The position numbers and the translations under genes were made by a program. A stretch of DNA of 63,908 bases, counting the filler, from Octopus bimaculoides (Eukaryota): the NCBI RefSeq assembly GCF_001194135.2. It is 6 parts of 5 records of this genome, joined end to end, with 100 filler letters (N's around TTAATTAATTAA, not from the genome) between each part and the next. Parts side by side here need not be neighbours in the genome. Positions count along the whole stretch, not along the records: positions 1 to 11,103 come from NC_068981.1; 5 more parts are not named here. One strand, written 5' to 3'. Below the pieces are notes generated by a model. That model did not search any database. It saw only the letters and a list, made by a program, of their open reading frames with translations, and was not told where the DNA came from. Shown here one piece after another: positions 1-10,439 of this stretch (position 1 is its first letter; each line of letters starts with the position of its first letter).

Positions 1-309
1 AGAAAGGGAGAAACTTTCAAAATACAAAGACCTGGAAATAGAGGTAACTCGAATGTGGAATCTAAAATCAGAAACAATTCCTATCATAGTAGGTGCCTTA
101 GGTATAATAAAAAAATATTCAGACAACTACATAACAAAAACACCAGGACTTACAAATATATATAACATACAGAAAATTGCACTACTAGGCACTGCACACA
201 TCCTATGCAAAACACTTTCAATACAGTAACCATAAGAGCATCACAGCAAACCACAGCACATACCCAAGGCTCAGTAGTGAAGTGAAGGCACGTTATAAAA
301 ATAAAACTA

Positions 310-312
<3 letters not shown>
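1..312 (+). mobile_element. 3' end of an R4/Dong-type (restriction-like endonuclease) non-LTR retrotransposon, followed by an (AAT)n tract at 313-354
   Basis: Frame 2-229 reads EREKLSKYKDLEIEVTRMWNLKSETIPIIVGALG...QKIALLGTAHILCKTLSIQ*. This is the typical C-terminus of R4-clade RLE domains (K..KY..L, IPIIVGALG, LLGTAHIL). A short 3' UTR and a TAA microsatellite follow. Confidence 0.8.
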
Positions 313-355
<43 letters not shown>

Positions 356-683
356 GTAATACGAGCACTGGAAAGTGAGGTAGAAGTAATGCTAGGTTGG
401 ACAAACAAAGTTACTTATCTGAACATTTCTTCTTCGTAATATGTACACTTTTTATGCCAAGTACTGCAAATGTGTGTCATGTAAATAGGCACACACACAT
501 GCACACACAGAATCACCTAAATCAAAATATTCACAGATGTGTATTTATACATACAAATCCACATAACATCACACATGTATGCATTTATATGCATGCACTT
601 ATCGATACTTATATCTGAGTTTAGTTGGACATATGGACAATTTAATGAAACAATGAAACAACATGACATAAATATTATAATAG

Positions 684-1001
684 CAATAATTTCCTGCAGG
701 TATCGTGTATGGTAATCAACTGGTCTGTCCATGAAAATTTGTTTGAATGACAGTCCATCATTATATATTCTTGTGTAGTCCATCTTTAATTGTATTAATG
801 ATATTGCAAATCTATAAGTGTTGGTAGGATAAGCAATTTTTCATGCAACATATGATCCATGGAAAGGCTCATTGACAGTATAGAGATATCCTGTGTTGTT
901 GAGCGTAGGTAATGGGGTGCTTGCCGCTTCGAAGGCAATATGTAGGAATTGCATGAACAGACCAGTTGATTAGCACATACGATACATGCATGAAATTATT
1001 G
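684..1001. repeat. MITE-like inverted repeat with 50-bp arms (684-733 and 952-1001)
   Basis: The reverse complement of 684-733 matches 952-1001 at 44 of 50 positions by manual alignment. Confidence 0.65.
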
Positions 1002-1746
1002 TTGACATTTTTACTGTTATTATATTGCTTTATGTCTAAGAACAACTCTAGAATCAACTTCTAAAATCACTCTGCACGAAGTGCACACAGTTTTATCCTA
1101 AGCAGAACAATTAATGTCCAGTGCAAAGCTTGTTTTTTTGTTTTTTGTTCAATGTTAAAGATGTATTTTATTATTGAGGGGTTTGTTTCATTTAAAATGC
1201 TACTGTAGTCCAAAGCACCAATGTGATATTTTATATTTATACTTAGAATTTAAATCATGAATATTGCATATGATAATACAAATTTTTCTTAAAAAATATA
1301 AAATATGTAACATAAAAGCCCTGCAGATATTCTGCAGTAGTTTTATAAGTATCTTTTGAATTTCATGTTTACAAATCAATTGATTAATCTTGAGGGCCAA
1401 TTAATTAGTATGTGAGTGCCCACATGCATACAAACATACACATGCACATTTAAGGGAGTTTGAAGCATTGGATCAGATGTTATGAATAGAATGATGTTTT
1501 GATTTAGAAGTTGCAGATTAGTTTACATTAGTTTACATTGTTTACATTAGTTATATTTCAATTTACAAAATTAATTTATACTTCCTTTAAAAATTCCATT
1601 CAGTATTACCTTTATCTTCTTTTCTCTTATATAGCAAATATTTCATTTAAGGTATTAAAGATAGGCAATAATTAGAAATATTTTCATTTGCCTATTTGAA
1701 TTGTTACTTCATGAATAAAATTACAAAATGGTTTTATCTTTTGCAG

Positions 1747-1888
1747 CTTGTAAGCTGTGTGAATGTAATGGCCATGGAGATGTCTCATTGGGTGAGTGTC
1801 ACAATCAAACTGGAAAATGTTTCTGTAAAGATGATACTAAAGGCTTTCATTGTCAACATTGCTTGAATGATTATTATGGAAATCCCAG
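1747..1888 (+). CDS. MEGF8: Internal exon encoding a laminin-type EGF domain of multiple EGF-like domains protein 8
   Basis: Acceptor ttttatcttttgcag| and donor AG|gtaggt. It encodes CKLCECNGHGDVSLGECHNQTGKCFCKDDTKGFHCQHCLNDYYGNP(R), matching the recalled MEGF8 motif CQCNGHGD..G.C...G.CFCQD.T.G.HC..C..GYYGDPR. Intron phases 1 and 2. Confidence 0.8.
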
Positions 1889-2250
1889 GTAGGTACATAA
1901 ATATGCTAAATTCGTTTATCAGTAATTTTTAGTAACAGATTACATGTTCACTAATTTTCAAGGAAATTTTCCATTTTCATGTTTTAAATTCATTTGAGAG
2001 AGAGAATTTTCAGCAGGTGAGTGCAAAAGAAATGAAGTGGTGAAATATATGGGTATGATGATGATGATAATGATAGATATCTGTATGTATATGCACATGC
2101 TTGTGTGTGTGTGTATCTATACATATAAATTTGACATGGGCAATTCTTTCTCGTCTTGGGATTCACGGTCAAACAGCTGGGTGGAATTGCGCGAAAAATT
2201 ACACAGATATGTAGAATGATCTGGTGGTGATACTGGGCTTTGTATTTTTT

Positions 2251-2415
2251 CATAGCTCCTATGGTTACCAAGATAATCTTCTATAATAATACTCTTGTAT
2301 TTATGAATGAGAAAGGAAGGAGTGATGTCATATTTTTTTCATAGCTCCCATGGTTACTGAGATAATTTACTATAATAATACTCTTGTGTTTATGAATGAG
2401 AAAGGAAGGGGTGAT
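2251..2415. repeat. 89-bp tandem duplication, possibly inside a decayed Helitron ending near 2814
   Basis: catagctcc...gagaaaggaagg starts at both 2251 and 2340. A degenerate ctgggtgaaactggg...ctagt resembling a Helitron 3' end lies at about 2787-2814. Confidence 0.45.
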
Positions 2416-2911
2416 AGATGAATAAGGAAGGAAGGGGTGATGTCATACTTGGTAGTGGGATGATGAAAATTGTATGCTGAAAAAATAAAGCAAACAGCTT
2501 TTCAGCTCTGTGTAAATATATGTGTGTGTATGTAAAAGTGTGAATGTGTGTGTTTGTGTGCGTGTGTGTGCGCAATGAAAGTGGGATGGTTCATCTTTGT
2601 TTGCTTAGTGTTTGGGTTTATTTTTGATTTGGTTGAATCTTGGTTGTTTTTTTTTCTTTGTTGGTCAGTTATTTTTAGCGTTTTGACAGAAAAAAGTCAT
2701 TCTAAAATTGTTTTTTAATGTAAGCATGCCTAAAGAAGTCGAATGCTTACACAGAACAGGTTTTACAGCCACATCATTTAAAACGACTGGGTGAAACTGG
2801 GCTTAGCTACTAGTATACATATATATATATATATATATATATAATACACACACACACACATACGCACATATGCCTATATATATACATATATGTGTGTGTG
2901 TGTGTATATAT

Positions 2912-4075
2912 CTTCATCATCATCATCATCATTTAATGTTTGTTGTCCATGCTGGCATAGTTTAGATAGTTTGAACAGAGTTGGCAAGCTGGGGAGTTAC
3001 ACCAGACTTTAGTCTGATTTGGTCTGGTTTTTATGGCTGGATGCCCTTCCTAAAGCCAACCACTTTATAGAGTGTGCTGGGTGCTTATATGTGGCACTGC
3101 AAGGGTGCTTTTAAATGTTGCTGCACAGGCACTTTTACGCAGCACTACATGGGCACTTTTAAGTGGCATTGCATGGGTGCTTTCATGTGGCACCACCATG
3201 ATTGCTTCTTACGTGGCATCACCCCAGGTTTCTTGCAAGTCAGTCATCACCACCGGGGAAACTGGTCTTAACACCGCTGCTGCTGAGTATGGGTCTTCTT
3301 GAGTACAGCAAGGTGCCAAGCATCTTGGTCTTTTGTCATCTTGCCTGAAAAGTTCAGCGTCCTGAGATTGTCTTCAGTATTTCATCCCATATCTTCTGGG
3401 TCTCCCTCTTCCATATGTTCCATCTACTTTGAGACATTGGTACTTCTTTATGGAGCTGTCGGCATCCATTTGCATCACTTGACCAAACCAACAGTCTTCT
3501 CTTTTGCACACTGCATTTAATACCTCTTATGCCTGACTTCTCTCTCAATACACCAGTACTCTGTTGAACATGTACACTTACATTACACATCCAGCAGGGC
3601 ATACTAGCCTCATTCTTTTCTAACCTTCACATGTCCTCTGCATTCAGGGCCCACATTTCACTACCATGTAGTCCGTATATATTGCATCATAGAATTTTCC
3701 TTTCGCTCGGAGAGAGAAACCATTCATAGCCAACAGAGGTAAAAGCTCTCTGAATTTCCTCCACCCTATTCTTATTCTAGCTATCATACTCTCTGTGCAT
3801 CCTCCCCAACAATTGATTTGGTCCCCAAGGTAGCAGAAATTATCTCCTACCGCTAACAAGCCAGCAGGGCATTTAAGAGAATCAGTTTCCCGAGTCTCTA
3901 TAGTTTTTATACTCCCTGTGTATCTTCCTATTAATCCACTGCACCACTTGTGTGTCCATAGCTTATACTGGGTACACCATATGGTGTTCCTGCTTACACC
4001 TTTCCTACAAATTGTCAGTTTTCTTGCTTACTAAGACCATAGCCATTGCTAAGTTAACTTTAAGGCCCTTAGATT
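2912..4075 (-). mobile_element. RTE-clade LINE 3' fragment (RT C-terminus, 3' UTR and (GAT)n tail)
   Basis: Minus-strand FCYLGDQI...ARIRIGWRKFRELLPLL is an RTE RT C-terminal motif. The frame is broken by stops and the element ends at catcatcat at about 2912-2932. Confidence 0.8.
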
Positions 4076-4169
4076 CCAAGTTTTGCTTCCACACCTAGAA
4101 TTTCTCTTCTAGCTCTGATATGGAATCTGCTAAGTAGTTCCCTGGGGCTACTGGTCTTGAATTCCTCTT

Positions 4170-4438
4170 AGAAAATTACTATTTGTAAATCTCACAATGA
4201 GAGATATTCAGTAAAGATTATTTGCTAACATAACATGGCAGTCCTGGTTTAGGACGAATGTTGCTGTAATTTATCCCCAGGAGACATCGTCTTCAGCTGG
4301 CTATACAGCACAGTCTGTGTCCTTATATTTTCAAACAGGGAAATCTAACACCCCCACTCAGCTCAAAACAATATCTGTGTATCACGATTTCCGAGTTATT
4401 TCCCTTCATCAGCACAGAATAATTGTTCAGCTAGAGGT
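4170..4438 (-). repeat. Left arm of the 352-bp hammerhead-bearing repeat array
   Basis: Homologous to 6286-6395 in direct orientation and to 6409-6975 in inverted orientation. Confidence 0.9.
4367..4427 (-). ncRNA. Type I hammerhead ribozyme motif, copy A
   Basis: UCUGUG-CUGAUGA-A-GGG(AAAUAA)CUC-G-GAAA-UCGUGAU-A-CACAGA. Stem I is UCUGUG/CACAGA, extended by AACAAU/AUUGUU. Stem III is palindromic AUCG/UGAU. The predicted cleavage triplet is AUA. Confidence 0.7.
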
Positions 4439-6199
4439 TAATTCTTTATTACAGGCACAAGGCCTAATTGCAGAGGGGACATACAAAGACATGCTGGAAC
4501 ATAAAACATATGAAGAATGATTGTGAAATGAATAAAATTACAATGCTCCCACTATGAGATGAAACCGTGGATTCCTTTTCTTTAAACCATTACATTTTAC
4601 ATAACTTCTAGCCTCGCTCCGAGTCGAAACCGTGACTTCCCTCTTCGCTTTTACCCTACAATTATAAACCTTTTAAACAAATGTTCATACAGGACTTACA
4701 CATTTCTTTTCCTTTTTAAACTAAAAGTCACTCAAATGTATTTAACAAAGAAACTTTTACAAAACCTGTTCATTCAGCAGTTTCAAAATTTACTTGTTTT
4801 TTCTTTTTTTTTCCATAATAGTCCAAATATTTTTTCCTCAGTCTTTACAAAATTATAATGACTTACCACTTCTGTCTCTCACAATGTCTTTCAATTCTCT
4901 GCACTCCTTTTAAGTTGGGGTGTCCTTCTCACTATTATTTTTGTTTTTGTTTGTTTTTCATGTTGTCTCTTTTTGTTTCTATTTTCCTGCTGTTTTGTGT
5001 GTTCTTGTATTTTCGTCTCTAAGTCTGTGTGTTCATGTATTTGTGTGTCTGTGTGTTCATGTATTTGTGTGTCTGTGTGTTCATTTGACTGCAACTCAAC
5101 GTTTCATCTGTGTGTCTATGTTTTTAGGTTTCCGTAATTCTGGGTTGTCTTGTTTCTGGTCTGAATGACTCTGTACTTTTGATTCCTTTGCTGGTACTTC
5201 CACTGGTAAATTTTCTCCCTTTCTCTTCATGGGTTGAGTTTTTTCTTCCATTCCTTTACACTTCTTCAATTCCACTGTCGTTGGTGACTTTTTTCTCTCT
5301 CTTTTCATGGGTTTTACCACCGCAAAATCCCCATCCTGTTCTGTTTTCTGTTTCTGCTTTTTTTCCACCACTATATCTTCCTCAACACTCTCTTCCACCA
5401 TTTCTACTGCTGCTCTAGGGCATTTCCTTCTCAAGTGCCCTCTTTCACCGCATCTGTAACATTTTGGGGGTCTCCCCTCCAACATTATTTCCAATTTTTC
5501 ACCGTTTGGTAATTCCAAAGTTTCTGCCATTTCATCATAATATTTTGGGCTTACTGCACAGATTATTTCAATGCCATAACCCCAGAAATTCAATTGTTGT
5601 GTTCTGCTTACTATGCCTATGCTCAGGTTTTCTCTAACCTTCCTCAGCTCAAAATTAAAAGTTGCGTCTATTACCCATTCTGGGTCTATCGATGGTGGGA
5701 TCCTTCCCACCCTCACCCTGACGATTCTTTTGCTCCAACAGTTCGGCATCAACATCCATTTTACTCCCGTTAACATTGTGCTGCCGGATGTTTTCGCATC
5801 CTCTACTGAAAGAAAGGTTACTACTATAGTTCCGTATCTTCTTCCTCTTGTAAAAAACGTTATCTTTTCTCCCATGTTCACCACCAACATTTCCTCTATC
5901 TCTTCCTGCGGCGCGTGTTCTAGTCTCCCATTTTCATTTGAAAATGTTCTGAATATTACCGTCTTGCTTTCCATTTTTCTTTTTTCCTCCTCTGGCAGGG
6001 TCATTTTTATGTTTGACCCTTCTTTCTTTACATTCTCACAATATTTAGTTATCTTCTCTTCATTCCACTCCATCTTCTCCGGCTTCAGCACACGTGGGTC
6101 TATGGCATCTTGACCTCCTGTAGCTTTTTCATAACTTTTCATTTTTTCAATTGTTTCGCACAAAAATTTTGCTTAGTATTCTTCAAAAAACAACAAAAA
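4439..6199 (-). mobile_element. ORF1-only (non-autonomous) L1/Tx1-like retroposon insert
   Basis: Bounded by a 15-nt duplication (4424-4438 tgttcagctagaggt and 6200-6214 tgttcggctagcggt). Minus-strand AATAAA lies about 10 nt from the 3' end. It has a single ORF1-like gene and no endonuclease or RT sequence. Confidence 0.65.
5096..6142 (-). CDS. LINE ORF1/gag-like nucleic-acid-binding protein (RRM-like region plus CX2CX4HX4C zinc knuckle), 348 aa from the ATG
   Basis: Uninterrupted ORF. It has the zinc knuckle CYRCGERGHLRRKC, RRM-like segments (TIVVTFLSVEDA; VRVRVGRIPP) and a charged low-complexity C-tail. The ORF-track start at 6163 is TTG; the first ATG is at 6142. Confidence 0.85.
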   Translation of the reverse strand: MKSYEKATGGQDAIDPRVLKPEKMEWNEEKITKYCENVKKEGSNIKMTLPEEEKRKMESKTVIFRTFSNENGRLEHAPQEEIEEMLVVNMGEKITFFTRGRRYGTIVVTFLSVEDAKTSGSTMLTGVKWMLMPNCWSKRIVRVRVGRIPPSIDPEWVIDATFNFELRKVRENLSIGIVSRTQQLNFWGYGIEIICAVSPKYYDEMAETLELPNGEKLEIMLEGRPPKCYRCGERGHLRRKCPRAAVEMVEESVEEDIVVEKKQKQKTEQDGDFAVVKPMKRERKKSPTTVELKKCKGMEEKTQPMKRKGENLPVEVPAKESKVQSHSDQKQDNPELRKPKNIDTQMKR

Positions 6200-6408
6200 T
6201 GTTCGGCTAGCGGTAGCACTGTCAAATTCCTATTTGAAATATATCGTTTTCAAAGTGACAACTAGTCACTGATCTATAAATTAAAAAATTACTATTTGTA
6301 AATCTCACAATGAGAGATATTCAGTAACAATACTTTAGAGTAAAGATTATTTGTCAACATAACATGGCAGTCCTGGTTTAGGACGAATGTTGCTGGTTTA
6401 GGATGAAT

Positions 6409-6453
6409 TCTGTGCTGATGAAGGGAAATAACCTGGAAATTGCGTTACACAGA
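6409..6453 (+). ncRNA. Type I hammerhead ribozyme motif, copy B (one stem III mismatch)
   Basis: UCUGUG-CUGAUGA-A-GGG(AAAUAA)CCU-G-GAAA-UUGCGUU-A-CACAGA. Confidence 0.55.
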
Positions 6454-6751
6454 TATTGTTTTGATCTGAATGCGGGTGCTAGATTCCCTTGTTCGAAAAT
6501 AAAGGTCACAGATCGTGTTGTATAGTCAGCTGGAGACGATGTCTCCTGGGGTTAAATTAGAGCAACATTCATCGTAAACCAGGACTGCCATGTTATGTTG
6601 GCAAATAATCTTTACTCCAAAGTACTGTTGCTGAATGTCTCTCATTATGAAATTTACAAATAGTAATTTTCTAATTTATAGATCAGTGACTAGTTGTCAC
6701 TTTGGAAACTATATATTTTGAATGGGAATTTGGCAGCACCACCTCTAGTCG

Positions 6752-6812
6752 AACAATTATTCTGTGCTGATGAAGGGAAATAACCTGGAAATTGCGATAC
6801 ACAGATATTGTT
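6752..6812 (+). ncRNA. Type I hammerhead ribozyme motif, copy C
   Basis: AACAAU-UAU-UCUGUG-CUGAUGA-A-GGG(AAAUAA)CCU-G-GAAA-UUGCGAU-A-CACAGA-U-AUUGUU. Stem III is palindromic AUUG/CGAU. Confidence 0.7.
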
Positions 6813-6984
6813 TCAAGTTGAGTGGGGGTGCTAGATTCCTTTGTTCGAAAATATAAGGCCACAGATCGTGTCGTATAGCCAGCTGGAGATTATGTCTCCT
6901 GGGGCTACATTACAGCAACATTTGTCGTAAACCAGGACTGCCATGTTATGTTGGCAGATAATCTTTACTTGAATTTCTCTGTTA

Positions 6985-7200
6985 TGGGCTGGCTGGAGGA
7001 CAGTGATGAAAAGAACGGGATGAATGACTAAACCTTGATGAACATCTACCTGTACACCAAATTCTTTGCTGTGCTTGTGATTAACTCTCACCTTACTGAC
7101 AGTATCTTTGTACATAGCCTGTACAGCTTTCATCAGCCACTCTTCTAACCTCAGCCTCTTTGGTGCCCACCATATCACACACTGGGGGTACACTGTCGAA
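6985..7200 (-). mobile_element. RTE LINE reverse-transcriptase fragment
   Basis: RLRLEEWLMKAVQAMYKDTVSKVRV...VDVHQGLVIHPVLFITVL is a decayed QG motif region. Confidence 0.8.
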
Positions 7201-7449
7201 GGTTTTGTACACGCACACACAAATACACACACACACACACACACATATAGGAGTGTACAAACCAAAGAAAGAGGCCCTCTTAGCACATTTGGTAGGTGTT
7301 ACATATATTTTAAAATAAGAGTTTGATTCAGCTCCACATGGTTTAAAGTTTTGTGGACTTGTAATGTGAATGCATCTCATCAGATAGTGAGAGAAGTGTA
7401 ATGGGATTTGGGAAAATTTCAAGATGATTTCTAGATATTAATTGGTCTG

Positions 7450-8290
7450 TTCAGGTCATCTGGTGTTAATGCTGCAGAAGCAACATCAGTTCTTTTTGTT
7501 CCTCTTAGTCCCATGTACTTGGACAAGATGTTGGCAGGTAGCTGATACCACTAGGGTGGCAAGTTTTGGTATAGTGTATTTAGCAACATCAGCTCATTGC
7601 ATTTGATGTCACTCACAGTAGTATGAAATGTTATCACAGATCAGTAGCTAGCTGGTCATTCAATGGGGCATTAACATTTTAGCAGTAGCAGTCTTTACAT
7701 GGGAGTAGCCATATTTGATATTTTTAGGTTGAAGTTGAGGCTGGATGATCAGCATGGGTAGGGCTGTAGTCCATACTGGTGGTAGCCAAACTTTGAATGA
7801 TATATCTGGCATGTCAGCTGCCAGTGGCTAGAATTTCATCAACAGAGCATACCTATGGTGGAAACAATAAGATGGTTCATTCTTCCTGTTGCTAGATAAT
7901 GCAGCTTGAAGGAGTTTGTGTAGTCTCTTGTAGAGACAGAGTTGGCAGTTGTGAGTTCCAGGTGACTGGTGGGTGGGGCATGTCAATGATACTCCATTTG
8001 ATGTTGGGGAAGTTGTTCTGAAAGATAGTTGTTGAGTTTTCATATGAAGTGGGACAGCGAGTTGGAATTTTCCATATCCATGCACTGAAGTAGTGCGTAT
8101 ACTGTGTAAACCTTTTGTTAAAGCCATTGGCTGCCATGCTTGTGTAATGTCTTGTGATGCCATTGGATGGTGTAACTTTATAGGCTACAGCTTTTAAGAA
8201 GCAGGATCCTCTTAATGTACAGCTAAGATGTGGATTAGAGGCTGTGTAGGTGCCTGTTATAGCATGCAATGTTTAAAATGATGTTGTCTA
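7450..8290 (-). mobile_element. Penelope-like element GIY-YIG endonuclease remnants (two decayed segments)
   Basis: CTLRGSCFLKAVAYKVT...HYTSMAANGFNKRFTQY and CQLCLYKRLH...NRKNE...FHHR resemble PLE GIY-YIG C-termini (CPL.G.CL...VIY, CNLCL.EK, NKR.E..CRH). Frameshifted. Confidence 0.6.
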
Positions 8291-8989
8291 AGCAGAAGTA
8301 ACTGACCTTATTGCAGTGACTGAAGAATTTATATTACTTGTGGGTTCTAGGGAAATGTTTTCTAATTAGTTTCAGGAAAGCTCCTTGCTATGTTAGTTGA
8401 AACTTTAGGTTAAATGGAGGATTGGACCAGATTCTTTTTCTCTTTCTAACGTTTGGAGTTGGCTTGGGATGCCTTCCATATATATATATATATATATATT
8501 ATTTTATTTAAAAGAGTTCCAACTCTGTCTGTTTTTTATGTTTTTTATTTATATTCTTGTAAAATTTATGTTATCGGCCAGAGGGTCAAACACAACTTCA
8601 CACCTTCAACAATAATCTTACTCTCCTCTGGTGGTACTGGCAGCAAGATGCCACCAGGAAAGGGTGAGCCAACAAACAAGAGATCAAACATGACAGAAAG
8701 TGAACAAACAAATCATAAACAAATAGAAAGTGAATATACAAACATAAAATAAATGTAATACAAGATGAAAACATTAGTGGATGGACAAAGGACAAAGACA
8801 AAAACAAACAAGATGAAATGTAGACATACAAACAAACTAAAAAAAAAAATAAACAGAATGTGGCCTTAGGGCCAGCCAGAAGATGAAAATATGGTTAACG
8901 CTAGGAAGAATATCCAGAAGGATTAGACACAGAAAGACAACAGAGAGACAGTGAAACTGAGAGATGAGAGGAATTTGTTTCCAGAAACA

Positions 8990-9846
8990 GATGTCTCATA
9001 AGTATTTAGCTAACTGATTGGTTAAATGGCAACTCATCTGACCAATGTACAAAAGAAAGCATTTAGTGTCCTGAATTCCTCTATTATCGCCTGGAGGACT
9101 ATGATAAATAGGAGGGGGCTGGGGACAGACCCTTAGTGGACCCCTACCTCCACCCGGAATTCTTCACTGTACTCATTGCCAACACTCAAACTCTCACCTT
9201 ACTGACAGCGTCTCTGTACATGGCTCGCACAGCTCTCACTAACCATTATTCAATCCCTAGTTTCCTCATTGACCACCAGATGAGAGATTGGGGAACCCTG
9301 TCGAAGGCTTTCTCCATGTCAACGAAAGCCAGGTACAGAGGTTTATCCTTGGCTAGGTATTTCTCCTGAAGCTGTCTTACCAGAAATATAGCATCAGTGG
9401 TGCTTTTCCCTGGCATGGACCCAAACTGCATTTCATCTAAACTGACTTGCTCCCTAAGTAATTGAGCTATGACCCCCTCCGTGACTTTCATTACCTGATC
9501 TAAAAGCTTAATACCTCTGTAATTATTTGTATCTAATGCGTCACCTTTACCTTTGTAGCAGTTGACGATGGTGCTGCTACACCAGTCATTGGGTATGATT
9601 TCTTTGTGTATCACCTGGTTAACAATATGGGTGACTAGGCTATAGCCGACACTGCCAGATATTTTGAGCATCTCTGCAGTGATTCCTGATGGGCCGGGGG
9701 CTTTCCCTGTCTTCATACTCTTAATTGCTTTATCTACCATGGTACTGTCAACTCGGATAGCTGGTCCCTCTGTTGGGTCGACATTCGGCAGACTCTCTTT
9801 CTCCCATTCATTCTCTTTATTGAGCAATCTTTCGTAGTGGCGTCTC
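8990..9846 (-). mobile_element. RTE LINE reverse-transcriptase core fragment, truncated by a gap
   Basis: KAPGPSGI, NYRGIKLL, QFGSMPGKSTTDAIF and AFVDMEKAFDRVP are canonical non-LTR RT motifs. Confidence 0.92.
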
Positions 9847-10392
9847 NNNNNNNNNNNNNNNNNNNNNNNNNNNNNNNNNNNNNNNNNNNNNNNNNNNNNN
9901 NNNNNNNNNNNNNNNNNNNNNNNNNNNNNNNNNNNNNNNNNNNNNNNNNNNNNNNNNNNNNNNNNNNNNNNNNNNNNNNNNNNNNNNNNNNNNNNNNNNN
10001 NNNNNNNNNNNNNNNNNNNNNNNNNNNNNNNNNNNNNNNNNNNNNNNNNNNNNNNNNNNNNNNNNNNNNNNNNNNNNNNNNNNNNNNNNNNNNNNNNNNN
10101 NNNNNNNNNNNNNNNNNNNNNNNNNNNNNNNNNNNNNNNNNNNNNNNNNNNNNNNNNNNNNNNNNNNNNNNNNNNNNNNNNNNNNNNNNNNNNNNNNNNN
10201 NNNNNNNNNNNNNNNNNNNNNNNNNNNNNNNNNNNNNNNNNNNNNNNNNNNNNNNNNNNNNNNNNNNNNNNNNNNNNNNNNNNNNNNNNNNNNNNNNNNN
10301 NNNNNNNNNNNNNNNNNNNNNNNNNNNNNNNNNNNNNNNNNNNNNNNNNNNNNNNNNNNNNNNNNNNNNNNNNNNNNNNNNNNNNNNNNNNN

Positions 10393-10435
<43 letters not shown>

Positions 10436-10439
10436 TTAC

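Larger units (their letters stand above)
6200..6975. repeat. Right part of the 352-bp hammerhead repeat array: a partial monomer (6200-6400), then 1.6 monomers in the opposite orientation (6409-6975)
   Basis: tctgtgctgatgaagggaaataacctggaaattgcg recurs at 6409 and 6761 (period 352). 6200-6400 is the reverse complement of about 6560-6755. Confidence 0.9.

Noticed and set aside
4170-6975. CRISPR-like or LTR-retrotransposon interpretation of the repeat array
   Set aside because: The monomers are 352 bp without unique spacers. They lack TG...CA ends and a PBS or PPT, and there is no pol gene.
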